From contig CBDCJH010000002.1 in assembly GCA_965217775.1 (NCBI GenBank), positions 1,024,001-1,088,000 of the forward strand: 64,000 nucleotides of DNA, in the 5' to 3' direction. Below, one piece after another: positions 20,721-29,619 of this stretch. A program made the translations under genes and the position numbers. Each line of letters starts with the position of its first letter. Positions within the stretch are counted from its first letter, which is position 1. The notes under the pieces were generated by a model. The model saw only the letters and a list, made by a program, of their open reading frames with translations, was not told the origin of the DNA and ran no database searches. Source of the DNA: Acidobacteriota bacterium. GTDB lineage: Bacteria > Acidobacteriota > UBA6911 > RPQK01 > JAJDTT01.

Positions 20721-22870
20721 GGTGAACCGGTTTCCTTTCCGAGTTCCGCTTCGAGTTGCTCCATCTGCTGGATCAGGAATTCGTCGTCCGGCTTCAACTT
20801 CAGAGCGTTTCGGATGGCAACGGCCGCTTCCCGCAATCGCCCCAGAGAAGCGAGAGACAGGCCCAAATTGACTTGGGCCGCCAGCAGGCCCGGCTCGATC
20901 TCCACCGCCCGGCGAAAGGCCCGGATCGCCTCTTCCACCTTTCCCGTGGCCGCCAACGTCGCCCCCAGGTTGGTGTGGGCGGTGGCCATTTCGGGAGCCA
21001 GCGCAATGGCTCGGCGGAAAGAAGCGATGGCCGGTCCGGCCGCCCTCGCCGCGTATTGTTGAAGACCCAGATTATAGTGAGCGCTGGCGAAATTGGGCTC
21101 AAGACGGATAGCTTCCTGGAAAGCCTTGGTGGCTTGCCTTCCCAGATTCTGCCGGGCCAGGGCCAGGCCCAGGTTGTTGTAGGCATCGGGAAGATCCCGG
21201 TCCAGGCGTAGGGCGGATTGCAAGACCCGTGCGGCCTCCGCCGCCCGACCCGATTCCAACAAGGCATAGCCCAACTGCGTCAGGCTGACCGTGTCGTCCG
21301 GCTTCACCGCGAGGGTGTTTCGAAGCACTGTCAGACCCTGATCCAGCGATCCTTGCCTCGACAGCGCCAGCCACTGGTTGCGCAGGGCCGGCAGGTAGTC
21401 TCGTTGTCTGCGAAGGGCATCCTGGTGGAGGCGGACGGCGTCCTTGAACCTGCCCTCCGCCAAATAGGCGTCCCCCAGCTCGAAGTAAAATCCCGCCTGC
21501 AGAGGGCGTTGGGCCTTCAGGGCTTTTTCCAGCCTGGGAATTCCTGGTTTCAGGTTGGCGTTCTGCTTGACTTGAGCCACCGCTTCGTAGAGTTTGACCT
21601 GACCTGATTCGGCGGGACCCGGCGGATAGTAGCGGATGACCTCTCCCAGGATCACCTCTTGGCGGGATTCGGCCAGCGGCGCCAGCAGGTCGCCCCCGGG
21701 CGGACGGCGGACGATCCGGTGATCGGTCATGACGGCGTGGACCACGTCCTGAGTCCTGCGCCGGGGCATGTGGCAGACCAGGCAGTCCTCGTCCGCCGGG
21801 TGCTCTCCAGAGGCCACCAGTGGTGCGACCTGTTCGGCGTGGCAACGATTGCAGGCATCCCGGGACGCACTTCTCGACTCGGGCGCCGACGCCGGCCGGT
21901 GGGGATCGTGGCAGGTCACGCAGGTGAACCGACCTTCGCTTTCCTGAAAGCAGGACGACCTGAGGAACCGGTATCCGGCGTGATTGACCTCGAACCGCTC
22001 TTCCGCCTCTTCCTGATCCGAAGCGTCGAAGTGAAGGATGTAGTCCGCCAGCGGTTCTCCCGGCCGGTAGGAGAAGACGCCCCGGCCGTAGTTCCGGATC
22101 ATGGCCGGGAGTCCCTTGGTGGTGGACTCCAGGTGGCACTGGAGACACACTTCCAACTGTCTTTGGGGATCCAACCTGGCCGGATTCACGATGGAATTGC
22201 GGATGGCTTCTTTGGAGGCACGGCTGCGAACCGCCTTCAGATGGGCGCCGCCCGGACCATGGCAGCGCTGGCAGTCGATGCCGTTGGGGAGTTCTTCCGG
22301 AAAGAGAGGATCCTTGCCGTTCGCGTCGTCTCCCGGCGGCAGTTGCGGATAGGCGTTGTGGCAGAACATGCAGGAGTAGTCGATCCGCCGGCTGAACCCC
22401 TTGTGATCGGGGCGGTCGTAACCGGGGCTCATACCCCAGTGCCCGCCGTCTTCCGCGTACCAGGCCAGGGGAAGCTGGTAAAGGGCTCCCCAGGGAGTCC
22501 GGTGGAGATAGGTCCGGCCCCGGTTCCCGGAACCCAGGACGTAATGGATCTCTTTCTCCACCCGGTTGATGGTCTTCTCCTTCTCGTTCAACTGGTGCCG
22601 GCTCAAGTAGTAGGAGCCGTTCCTGCGGGCGACCGTGTAGTGCCGGTCGGAGGCCGGGTGGTAGTACGTTGCCTCCTGCTGTTCTTCTCCCAGCGTATTG
22701 GTGGGATCGGGGAGAGAGAAGGCTCGGCCCATCCCCGTGGTCTGGTGAGAGTCGTAGATCTCCTGGTGGCACGCACTGCAGTCTTCACTCGAACCTCCCT
22801 GGGAATAGAGCGGGAGGGAGAGGAGGACCAAGTGGGAGCACCAAACGGCGAAGCAGTGGCGAACATCCAT
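20717..22870 (-). CDS. Multiheme cytochrome c with C-terminal TPR domain
   Basis: Seven CxxCH motifs (CSACH, CMFCH, CQRCH, CLQCH, CVTCH, CNRCH, CLVCH), a signal peptide and C-terminal TPRs. Confidence 0.88.
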   Translation of the reverse strand: MDVRHCFAVWCSHLVLLSLPLYSQGGSSEDCSACHQEIYDSHQTTGMGRAFSLPDPTNTLGEEQQEATYYHPASDRHYTVARRNGSYYLSRHQLNEKEKTINRVEKEIHYVLGSGNRGRTYLHRTPWGALYQLPLAWYAEDGGHWGMSPGYDRPDHKGFSRRIDYSCMFCHNAYPQLPPGDDANGKDPLFPEELPNGIDCQRCHGPGGAHLKAVRSRASKEAIRNSIVNPARLDPQRQLEVCLQCHLESTTKGLPAMIRNYGRGVFSYRPGEPLADYILHFDASDQEEAEERFEVNHAGYRFLRSSCFQESEGRFTCVTCHDPHRPASAPESRSASRDACNRCHAEQVAPLVASGEHPADEDCLVCHMPRRRTQDVVHAVMTDHRIVRRPPGGDLLAPLAESRQEVILGEVIRYYPPGPAESGQVKLYEAVAQVKQNANLKPGIPRLEKALKAQRPLQAGFYFELGDAYLAEGRFKDAVRLHQDALRRQRDYLPALRNQWLALSRQGSLDQGLTVLRNTLAVKPDDTVSLTQLGYALLESGRAAEAARVLQSALRLDRDLPDAYNNLGLALARQNLGRQATKAFQEAIRLEPNFASAHYNLGLQQYAARAAGPAIASFRRAIALAPEMATAHTNLGATLAATGKVEEAIRAFRRAVEIEPGLLAAQVNLGLSLASLGRLREAAVAIRNALKLKPDDEFLIQQMEQLEAELGKETGSP

Positions 22871-22897
22871 GGATGATGTCGAGTCCGCCCCGGCGGC

Positions 22898-24232
22898 CTA
22901 GAGTTCTGACAGCACTTCGTCCAGGGCTTCCAGCGTGCGGTCGATGTCCGAATCGGTGTGGGCCGCCGAGATGGAGCATTGCTTGGTCGCCACCGGGAAG
23001 AAGTAGATTCCGCGCTCGATCAGGGCGCGCCGCATAACCAAATCCTTGCCGAAATCATGGTTTCCGGCCAGATCGTGCCAGTCCACCGGCTCGTGATCCA
23101 TCAGGTAGAGGCAGAAGGCGGATCCCTGGCGGGCCACCGTCCCCGTGATTCCCCGGGAGCTCAGGATCGACTCGATCCCGGCCTGGCACCGTTGTCCCAG
23201 CCGGTCGATGTGCCGGTAGACGTCGCCGTCGCCTTCCAGGAGGCGCTCGATGGTGGCGATGGCGGCGCTCACCGAGACGGGATGGCCATTGTAGGTCCCG
23301 GAGACGATGGGCCGCTTGGAAGGATCGGGATGGGCGAAATGTTCCAGAAGCTCCCTCTTTCCGCCCAACGCCGAGAAGGGATAGCCGTTGGCCACCGCCT
23401 TGGCGAAGTAGACCAGGTCGGGCTGGACGCCGCTGACCTCGCTGTACCCTCCAACCGAGTAACGGAACCCGGTCTTGACCTCGTCGAAGATGAGCACGAA
23501 ACCGTACTCGTCGGCCAGCTCCCGGAGCCCTTCCAGGTAGCCGGGGACCGGTTTCATGATGCCGATGTTCTGCAGGATGGGCTCGGTCACCAGGGCGGCC
23601 ACATCGTGGCGCTCGCAGACGTAGCGGACCGAATCCAGGTCGTTGAAGTTGATCACGTGCACCAGTTGGGCATGAGCGTCAGGGACCCCGGGTCCCAGCG
23701 GAATGTAGCGGTACTCGCCGGGGGAGACTCGGGGACCGATCTGGTCCAGGGGCGTCAGCACATTGCAGGCCACGTCGTTGTGGGAGCCGTTGAAGCCTCC
23801 CTGCGTCACGATGACATGATCGCGGCCGGTGGCGGCGCGGGCCAGTCGGACGGAGGCCATGGAGGCCTCGGTGCCGGTGTTGAGGAACTCCACCATCTCC
23901 ACCGCCGGGACGTGGGTGCAGAGCATCTCGGCCAAGCGGCCCTCCAACTCGTTGGTACCGCTTCCATACAGGCTCGCTCCGCCGTCGATGGCTTTGCGGA
24001 CCGCTTCGTTGACGTAGGGGTCGTTGTGGCCCAGGACGATGGGAGCGAAGGCCGCGTGGTAGTCCAGATAGCGGTTGCCATCCACGTCCCAGATGTAGGC
24101 TCCCCGGCCCCGGGCAAAGGCCAGGTCGGGCTCCGCCTTGCGGACGATGGAGACCACGCCGCCGGGGATGTAGCGTTCGTTGAAATCCAGCACCTGAGCG
24201 GACTTGGAGCGAATGGCATCGAGGACAGTCAT
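22898..24232 (-). CDS. Class III PLP aminotransferase (GSA-aminomutase-like)
   Basis: WDVDGNRYLDY, NTGTEA, FDEVKTGFR, FAKAVANG (PLP Lys), GTYNGHP. Confidence 0.88.
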   Translation of the reverse strand: MTVLDAIRSKSAQVLDFNERYIPGGVVSIVRKAEPDLAFARGRGAYIWDVDGNRYLDYHAAFAPIVLGHNDPYVNEAVRKAIDGGASLYGSGTNELEGRLAEMLCTHVPAVEMVEFLNTGTEASMASVRLARAATGRDHVIVTQGGFNGSHNDVACNVLTPLDQIGPRVSPGEYRYIPLGPGVPDAHAQLVHVINFNDLDSVRYVCERHDVAALVTEPILQNIGIMKPVPGYLEGLRELADEYGFVLIFDEVKTGFRYSVGGYSEVSGVQPDLVYFAKAVANGYPFSALGGKRELLEHFAHPDPSKRPIVSGTYNGHPVSVSAAIATIERLLEGDGDVYRHIDRLGQRCQAGIESILSSRGITGTVARQGSAFCLYLMDHEPVDWHDLAGNHDFGKDLVMRRALIERGIYFFPVATKQCSISAAHTDSDIDRTLEALDEVLSEL

Positions 24233-24354
24233 GACGTTACCTTGATTCGTTTCCCTTCGATTGTTAGTTTCCAGACACCTTGTTACTTGTGCATGCTGCG
24301 GGCCGGTCTGTCAAGTGATCCCGCCCGGCGGCGGTGAAGGAGTCGAGCGGCAGG

Positions 24355-25125
24355 ATGTCCCTGGAATCGGCGGTGGCCGTCGTCACGGGAGCGGCGGAGG
24401 GCATGGGCCGGGCCATTGCCTGGAAGCTCGGTAGCGAGGGCGCCCGGGTCGCCGTCTGTGACCGCAACCGGGAGGGTCTCGAAGCCGCTGCCGGACAAAT
24501 GGCGGCGAGCGGGTTCCGGGTCCTGGCCCGGGTCTGCGACGTCAGCGACAACCGGCAGGTGGAAGGGTTCGTCTCCGCAGTCACCGGGGAATGGGGCGGG
24601 ATCCGGATCCTGGTGAACAACGCCGGGATCTCGAAACGGAATCCGATTCTGGAGCCGGGCGACGAGACCTGGCATGAGGTGCTGGCCACCAATCTGACCG
24701 GCGTCTATTACTGCACCCACCGGGCGCTTCCCCATTTCCAGGACGGCGGCCGCATCGTCCACATCTCCTCCATCTCGGGGAAGGTGGGCTCGGCCGAGTA
24801 CAGTGCCTATTGCGCTTCCAAGCATGGGGTAATCGGTCTGACCCGGGCCCTGGCCCTGGAGTTGGCTCCCCGCGGGATCACGGTCAACGCCGTCTGTCCC
24901 GGGTGGGTGCGGACATCCATGGCCCGCAGGGACCTCCAGGAGACCGCCCGCCTCGAGGGCCTGAGCCTTGAAGCCATGCGTCGACGCATTTTGGACGGGA
25001 TCCCCCTGGAAACCATGATCCGTCCCGAGGAGGTGGCCGGTCTGGTGCACTTCCTGGTGTCACCCTCGGGAGCGGCCATCACGGGACAGGCCGTAGACAT
25101 CTCGGCGGGGGAGGTGATGTCTTGA
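24355..25125 (+). CDS. Short-chain dehydrogenase/reductase
   Basis: VTGAAEGMG, NNAG, YCASKHG, VNAVCPG. Confidence 0.9.
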   Translation: MSLESAVAVVTGAAEGMGRAIAWKLGSEGARVAVCDRNREGLEAAAGQMAASGFRVLARVCDVSDNRQVEGFVSAVTGEWGGIRILVNNAGISKRNPILEPGDETWHEVLATNLTGVYYCTHRALPHFQDGGRIVHISSISGKVGSAEYSAYCASKHGVIGLTRALALELAPRGITVNAVCPGWVRTSMARRDLQETARLEGLSLEAMRRRILDGIPLETMIRPEEVAGLVHFLVSPSGAAITGQAVDISAGEVMS

Positions 25126-25130
25126 GACGA

Positions 25131-25198
25131 GGAGGGGGGACATCCCTGTCCCCCTCTTCAACACCGCCCCGGAACCGGGGGTTGCAAACCCCCGCTCC
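25131..25198. repeat. REP doublet, copy B
   Basis: GGAGGGGGGACATCCCTGTCCCCCTC...CGGGGGTTGCAAACCCCCGCTCC; paralogous to 6082-6148. Confidence 0.75.
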
Positions 25199-25257
25199 AA
25201 CACGCCCTTTTTCTGCGTGGATTGCGCCGGCCCGCGGCCGGCGGAGGACTTCCAAAA

Positions 25258-28200
25258 ATGATTGGAATCGGTCTTGTCATTTCTTTCCTGTTCTTCACCG
25301 GGTGGGCACGGGCGTCCGCCCCAGAGTCGAAACCCCGGTCCCTGGGAGACCTGACCGGTCCTTGGGAACTGGTCGTGGACGATCACCTGATCCAGGAGAA
25401 GCAGGGACTGGTCCGCCGTTATCATCCGTTTCGCAAACATGCGGGGAACCCGGTCCTGAAGCCCGACCGTCCCTGGGAAGGACAGGTGGCCTATCTGCTG
25501 GGGACGGTGCTCCCGATCCCCGATGGCCAGGGATACCGGATCTGGTACCACACCGCCAATCCGGATGCCGACCCGAAGGAACAATACCGAAACCTCTACG
25601 CCGAGAGCCGGGACGGCGTCCATTGGACCAAGCCGGACCTGGGCATCGTCCGGTATCGGGGCTCGGGAGCCAACAACATCTTCCTGGACCGGATGCGGGA
25701 GAGCCACATTCCTCTGGTGATCCACACCCCCTGGGACCCGGATCCGGAGAAGGAATACAAGCTGGTCTACTACGACTACGGCCGCACCGATCCCCGTCAC
25801 CGGGTCAGCGGTTACTACGGGGCATGGTCCAGAGACGGCATCCATTGGAGCCCGATTCGGGAGGAACCCCTGTTTGCGGACCCCGGAGACGTGGGCAACT
25901 TCGTCTGGGATCCGCACCAGGGCCGCTTTCTGGGCTACGCGAAGATCTTCGTGCCCTATGGCGGACACCGTCGGCGGGCCATCGGTCTGACCGCCACCAC
26001 CGACTTCCTCCACTGGCCACCGACCCAACTGGTTCTGGCCCCCGACGCGGTGGACGACCGCTGGGTGACCGCCGACCGGCAACACACCGACTTCTACGGC
26101 CTCTCCGCCTTTGCCTACGAATCCATGTACCTGGGTTTTCTCTGGGTGTTCCGGATCGACGACGGGCACAACGACGGGACCATCCACGTGGAGTTGGTGA
26201 GCAGCCGGGACGGCATCGATTGGAAGCGGGAAGAGGGAAACCGTCCACCCCTGGTGGAGCTGGGAGCCGCAGGGCAATGGGACGACGGCATGTTGCACAC
26301 CCCGAGTCAGCCGTTGGTCGAGGGGGACACAATCAGGCTCTTCTACGGGGCCTCGGACCAGACCCACGTGAGCCCGGTGGCGGGGGGATGGGGGAACTGC
26401 GCCATCGGCTTGGCCACCCTGCGCAAGGACGGGTTCGCGTCCCTGGATGCGGGCGAGGAGGCGGGCTCCTTCACCACTCGCCGGCTGCGCCATTTTGCCG
26501 GACCTCTCCGGGTGAATGCCGACGCCCGCCGCGGTTGGGTGCGAGTCGAGTTGCTGGACTCGTCCGGAAACGTCATTCCCGGTTTCGGGAAGGATCAATG
26601 CGATCCGGTGAAGGACGACGGCGTCGACCAGGTCGTCCGCTGGCAGGGACGGGACCGGTGGCCGGAGTCCGCGCGGCCCGCGCATCTCCGGTTCCACCTC
26701 CAGAACGCCTCACTGTACTCCTTCCGGGGGGCCGGGCCCATGGAGCCGGCGGACCAATCGCCCCTTCTGGACGTCCTGCTCGATTTCGAGGGGGACGTGG
26801 ACAGCTCAGTCCGGGACAAGCGGACCGAAGACGGACGACAGGACGTGCGGCTGCACAACTCGGTCCGAATCGTCCAGGATCGAGAAGCCGCCGCCTCCGG
26901 CAGCGGCGCGGCAAAGTTCTTCGGGGAGGGGAAGACCCACGACGCCCTTGAGATTCCCGGAACCCGGTATCTGGGCACCCGATTTACCCTCTCGGCCCGC
27001 GTGAAGCCGGCCCTGAAACGGCGCATGCGCCTGTTCAGCAACCATCGAGGGACGGGCCAGCCGGCCACGGGAGAGCTCATCTTCGACTTCAATCCCAACG
27101 GCGGCGACCTTCGGTTAGTCTGCAACGGTCAGACCGTGCGATCCCGGTCGGTCTCCATCTTCACCGATCGCTTCCACCTCATGGAGGCCACCTACGATGA
27201 GGGGCGGGTCCGCCTCTACCTGGACGGCGTCCAGGTCGGTGAGGGACAGCTCATGGCGGGGACTTCCCACCTCTACTACGACCGTTCGATCGTGCTCCAC
27301 TTGACCCCTCCCGGCAGGGCTCCGACCGTGGGGCTCTACCTGGCATCGGATCTTCGGGTGGGACAGGATCTGGAGGGGCGCTTCATCACCCATCGCCACG
27401 AGGCCCGGAGCGATCCCGGGAATCAACTCGTCGGCCTGGTGGACGAGGTTCGGATCATCCGGCGAACCTCCGGAGCGGTCGGACCGCCAAATACCGAAAC
27501 GAGCTTCATCCGGGAAGTCGGGCCGATCCGGCGCTACGGACCGGGCGGAGGCTGGGGAGAGGGGGGATGGGCCCGATCCCTCCAGGCGCCGGACGGCACC
27601 ATCTATCTTTACGGGGACAAGAAGACTCTGGACGGGGGCAAAACCTACGTGGCTCACGAGGGGCCGTCCCTGCAGGAGGTCCTCCGCATTCCGGAGCGTG
27701 TCTTCCATGTCCGCAAGGGGCACTTCTTCGCCCTGGGCGGGGCCGCCGACTTCCAGTCGCCCGGGATCTATACCGTCCGATCCTGGCGTTCGCGGGACGA
27801 CTTGGCGACCCTCCGGGAGGAGCAATCGGTGATTCGGGTTCCGGGCGGTCCGCCGAGGGCCCGGGAAAAGGGCGAGTGGTACGGGCTCTACTTCTACCGG
27901 GACATGCTGGAGATGCCCGACGGGACCCTTATGACCACCATGGAGGGAAACCTGGAACAGGACGACCTGGCGCCCACCGACCGCCGCAGCTCGTCGGAGA
28001 CCCACTATCAGCAGCGGACCTTCACCTTGATTTCCAAGGACGAGGGGCGGTCGTGGGACTACTTTTCCACCGTTGCCGCACCCAAGCCGGGAGACCCGGT
28101 AGGCGAGGGTTTCACCGAGCCGTCTCTACTCCATATGGGCGAAGGCCGTCTGCTCTGCGTCATGCGGACCGGCCACTTCACGCCTTTGTTCGCCAGTTGG

Positions 28201-28566
28201 AGCGAGGATTGGGGAAAGACCTGGAGCGAACCGGTCTACACGGGCCTCGACCGGGGCTGCGACCCCACCCTCCTCAAGCTCCGGGACGGCCGAGTTCTGT
28301 TGAGCTACGGTCTCCGGTTCCCGGCCGGCACCCATCTCCAGCCCAGAGAGCGGGGCGCGCTGGTGCGTTTCGCCATCAGCGAAGACGAAGGGAAGACCTG
28401 GCAGACCGCCACCGTGGCGGAGAGGATGGGTTCGTCCTACTCCACGGTGATCGAGGTGGAGCCCAATATCCTATTCGTCCAGGTGGACGGCTGGTTCTGG
28501 AGGGTCAAGTTGTGGCCAAGGGGGGGATCGGCCCCGACATTGGTAACGGTGCCGGGTGAATACTGA
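25258..28566 (+). CDS. Secreted multidomain glycoside hydrolase-like protein (beta-propeller + LamG-like + BNR/sialidase-like)
   Basis: Signal peptide; ESRDGVHWTKP and SRDGIDW repeats; LYLDGVQV..GLVDEVRI LamG-like segment; Asp boxes SKDEGRSW, SEDWGKTW, SEDEGKTW. Confidence 0.75.
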   Translation: MIGIGLVISFLFFTGWARASAPESKPRSLGDLTGPWELVVDDHLIQEKQGLVRRYHPFRKHAGNPVLKPDRPWEGQVAYLLGTVLPIPDGQGYRIWYHTANPDADPKEQYRNLYAESRDGVHWTKPDLGIVRYRGSGANNIFLDRMRESHIPLVIHTPWDPDPEKEYKLVYYDYGRTDPRHRVSGYYGAWSRDGIHWSPIREEPLFADPGDVGNFVWDPHQGRFLGYAKIFVPYGGHRRRAIGLTATTDFLHWPPTQLVLAPDAVDDRWVTADRQHTDFYGLSAFAYESMYLGFLWVFRIDDGHNDGTIHVELVSSRDGIDWKREEGNRPPLVELGAAGQWDDGMLHTPSQPLVEGDTIRLFYGASDQTHVSPVAGGWGNCAIGLATLRKDGFASLDAGEEAGSFTTRRLRHFAGPLRVNADARRGWVRVELLDSSGNVIPGFGKDQCDPVKDDGVDQVVRWQGRDRWPESARPAHLRFHLQNASLYSFRGAGPMEPADQSPLLDVLLDFEGDVDSSVRDKRTEDGRQDVRLHNSVRIVQDREAAASGSGAAKFFGEGKTHDALEIPGTRYLGTRFTLSARVKPALKRRMRLFSNHRGTGQPATGELIFDFNPNGGDLRLVCNGQTVRSRSVSIFTDRFHLMEATYDEGRVRLYLDGVQVGEGQLMAGTSHLYYDRSIVLHLTPPGRAPTVGLYLASDLRVGQDLEGRFITHRHEARSDPGNQLVGLVDEVRIIRRTSGAVGPPNTETSFIREVGPIRRYGPGGGWGEGGWARSLQAPDGTIYLYGDKKTLDGGKTYVAHEGPSLQEVLRIPERVFHVRKGHFFALGGAADFQSPGIYTVRSWRSRDDLATLREEQSVIRVPGGPPRAREKGEWYGLYFYRDMLEMPDGTLMTTMEGNLEQDDLAPTDRRSSSETHYQQRTFTLISKDEGRSWDYFSTVAAPKPGDPVGEGFTEPSLLHMGEGRLLCVMRTGHFTPLFASWSEDWGKTWSEPVYTGLDRGCDPTLLKLRDGRVLLSYGLRFPAGTHLQPRERGALVRFAISEDEGKTWQTATVAERMGSSYSTVIEVEPNILFVQVDGWFWRVKLWPRGGSAPTLVTVPGEY

Positions 28567-28622
28567 CGTGGTTCCCGCAACCCTCCCGCATGCTGCTGGC
28601 GTACGCTGCCGCCATGGCTTGA

Positions 28623-28812
28623 ATGCAAACGGAATTCATCCTGAAGGACATCCACTGTTTCGAGGGTGAACAACGTGCCCTATTGCGCCTGATTACCCTG
28701 CTGGTGAGAGAGAACAGCACCGGAAAAACCTCGTTTCTGGGTTGTTACCGGGTCGTGAGCCAACTATTCGTGAGGCCTTGGTTCGGCCGTGGCCCTGGGA
28801 TTGATTTCAATC
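28623..28812 (+). pseudogene. N-terminal remnant of an ABC/AAA-type ATPase
   Basis: FILKDIHCFEGEQ..ITLLVRENSTGKTSFL is a Walker A with G replaced by R. The reading loses resemblance after about 60 aa. Confidence 0.55.
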
Positions 28813-28898
28813 ATTCACAATCCACGTGGGAAAGTGTATTCAAGCAGACGGAACGAGTTGCTTCTGCGACGCTCATCCTGTCGATGATCTACATGGGC

Positions 28899-29166
28899 CG
28901 TCGTTCCGTGCGCTGCGAGGCGGACGACGTCACTATCGTTCCTATCAAGAAATGCTGCGGAAATTCTCTCGAAGTCGTTGTAGGCGGCGACGTAGTTGAA
29001 GACGGTCTTCTTTGCCTCCAACAGTGGCAAGTTCCGTCTCCAAGGAGAGGGCTTTGCCTGGGACGACTGGAGGCCTGCGTGCTCGAACTTAATCTCGTGA
29101 CGCTCGACTTTGAGCGCGGCGATCTCGCGTGCCAAGTATTTGGCGATACCCTCCTGCAATTCCACC
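28899..29166 (-). pseudogene. Internal fragment resembling the C-terminal part of a type III restriction (Res) subunit
   Basis: EGIAKYLAREIA...PWRRNLPLLEAKKTVFNYVAAYNDFER matches my recollection of Res C-terminal regions; not verified by search. Confidence 0.45.
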
Positions 29167-29223
29167 TGCGCCCAGCGACCGTACAGCGCGTCTCCACTCC
29201 CCAAGTGCCATCTCTCGGTTCAC
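29167..29223 (-). pseudogene. Truncated HEPN-like gene start
   Basis: GTGA overlap with the MNT stop gives (M)NREMALGEWRRAVRSLGA, then an abrupt switch to unrelated sequence. Confidence 0.5.
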
Positions 29224-29555
29224 AGGACAGCGACTCCTTCGCGTTCAACTGATTCTCTATAGGGGGAGCGAAGAACTCTCAGGCGATCCCACTCGGCCTG
29301 CGTATAGGCCATGATCGAAGGTACCGCCCAAGAGGTCGCGGCCAGGGTGTATCCAATTCGTCGCAGTGGACGCTTGAGGTCAGCTGACTCGTTCTTCACG
29401 ATGAGGAGCACATCGAGATCGCTGTCCTCGTTCGCGTCTCCCCGCGCCTTCGAGCCGTAGATGAGCATCCGCGTGACCGCTCCAGGTTGTTGCTCCAAGA
29501 GCGCCTTCCGGTATTCGTCCAGCCAAGTCTGTTCTTCCGGATGGAGCTTTAACAT
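29220..29555 (-). CDS. Minimal nucleotidyltransferase (MNT) antitoxin-type protein
   Basis: IYGSKARGDANEDSDLDVLLIV (GS-x10-DxD); 111 aa. Confidence 0.88.
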   Translation of the reverse strand: MLKLHPEEQTWLDEYRKALLEQQPGAVTRMLIYGSKARGDANEDSDLDVLLIVKNESADLKRPLRRIGYTLAATSWAVPSIMAYTQAEWDRLRVLRSPYRESVEREGVAVL

Positions 29556-29619
29556 GGGTTCATACTTCGATGTCGGATGCCTGCGAAGTGTCGTTGCCGA
29601 AGATGTCGATCTTTGCCAT

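Noticed and set aside
22898-24232. hemL assignment
   Set aside because: Family motifs are present, but there are no heme biosynthesis neighbours and the sequence looks like a divergent paralogue.
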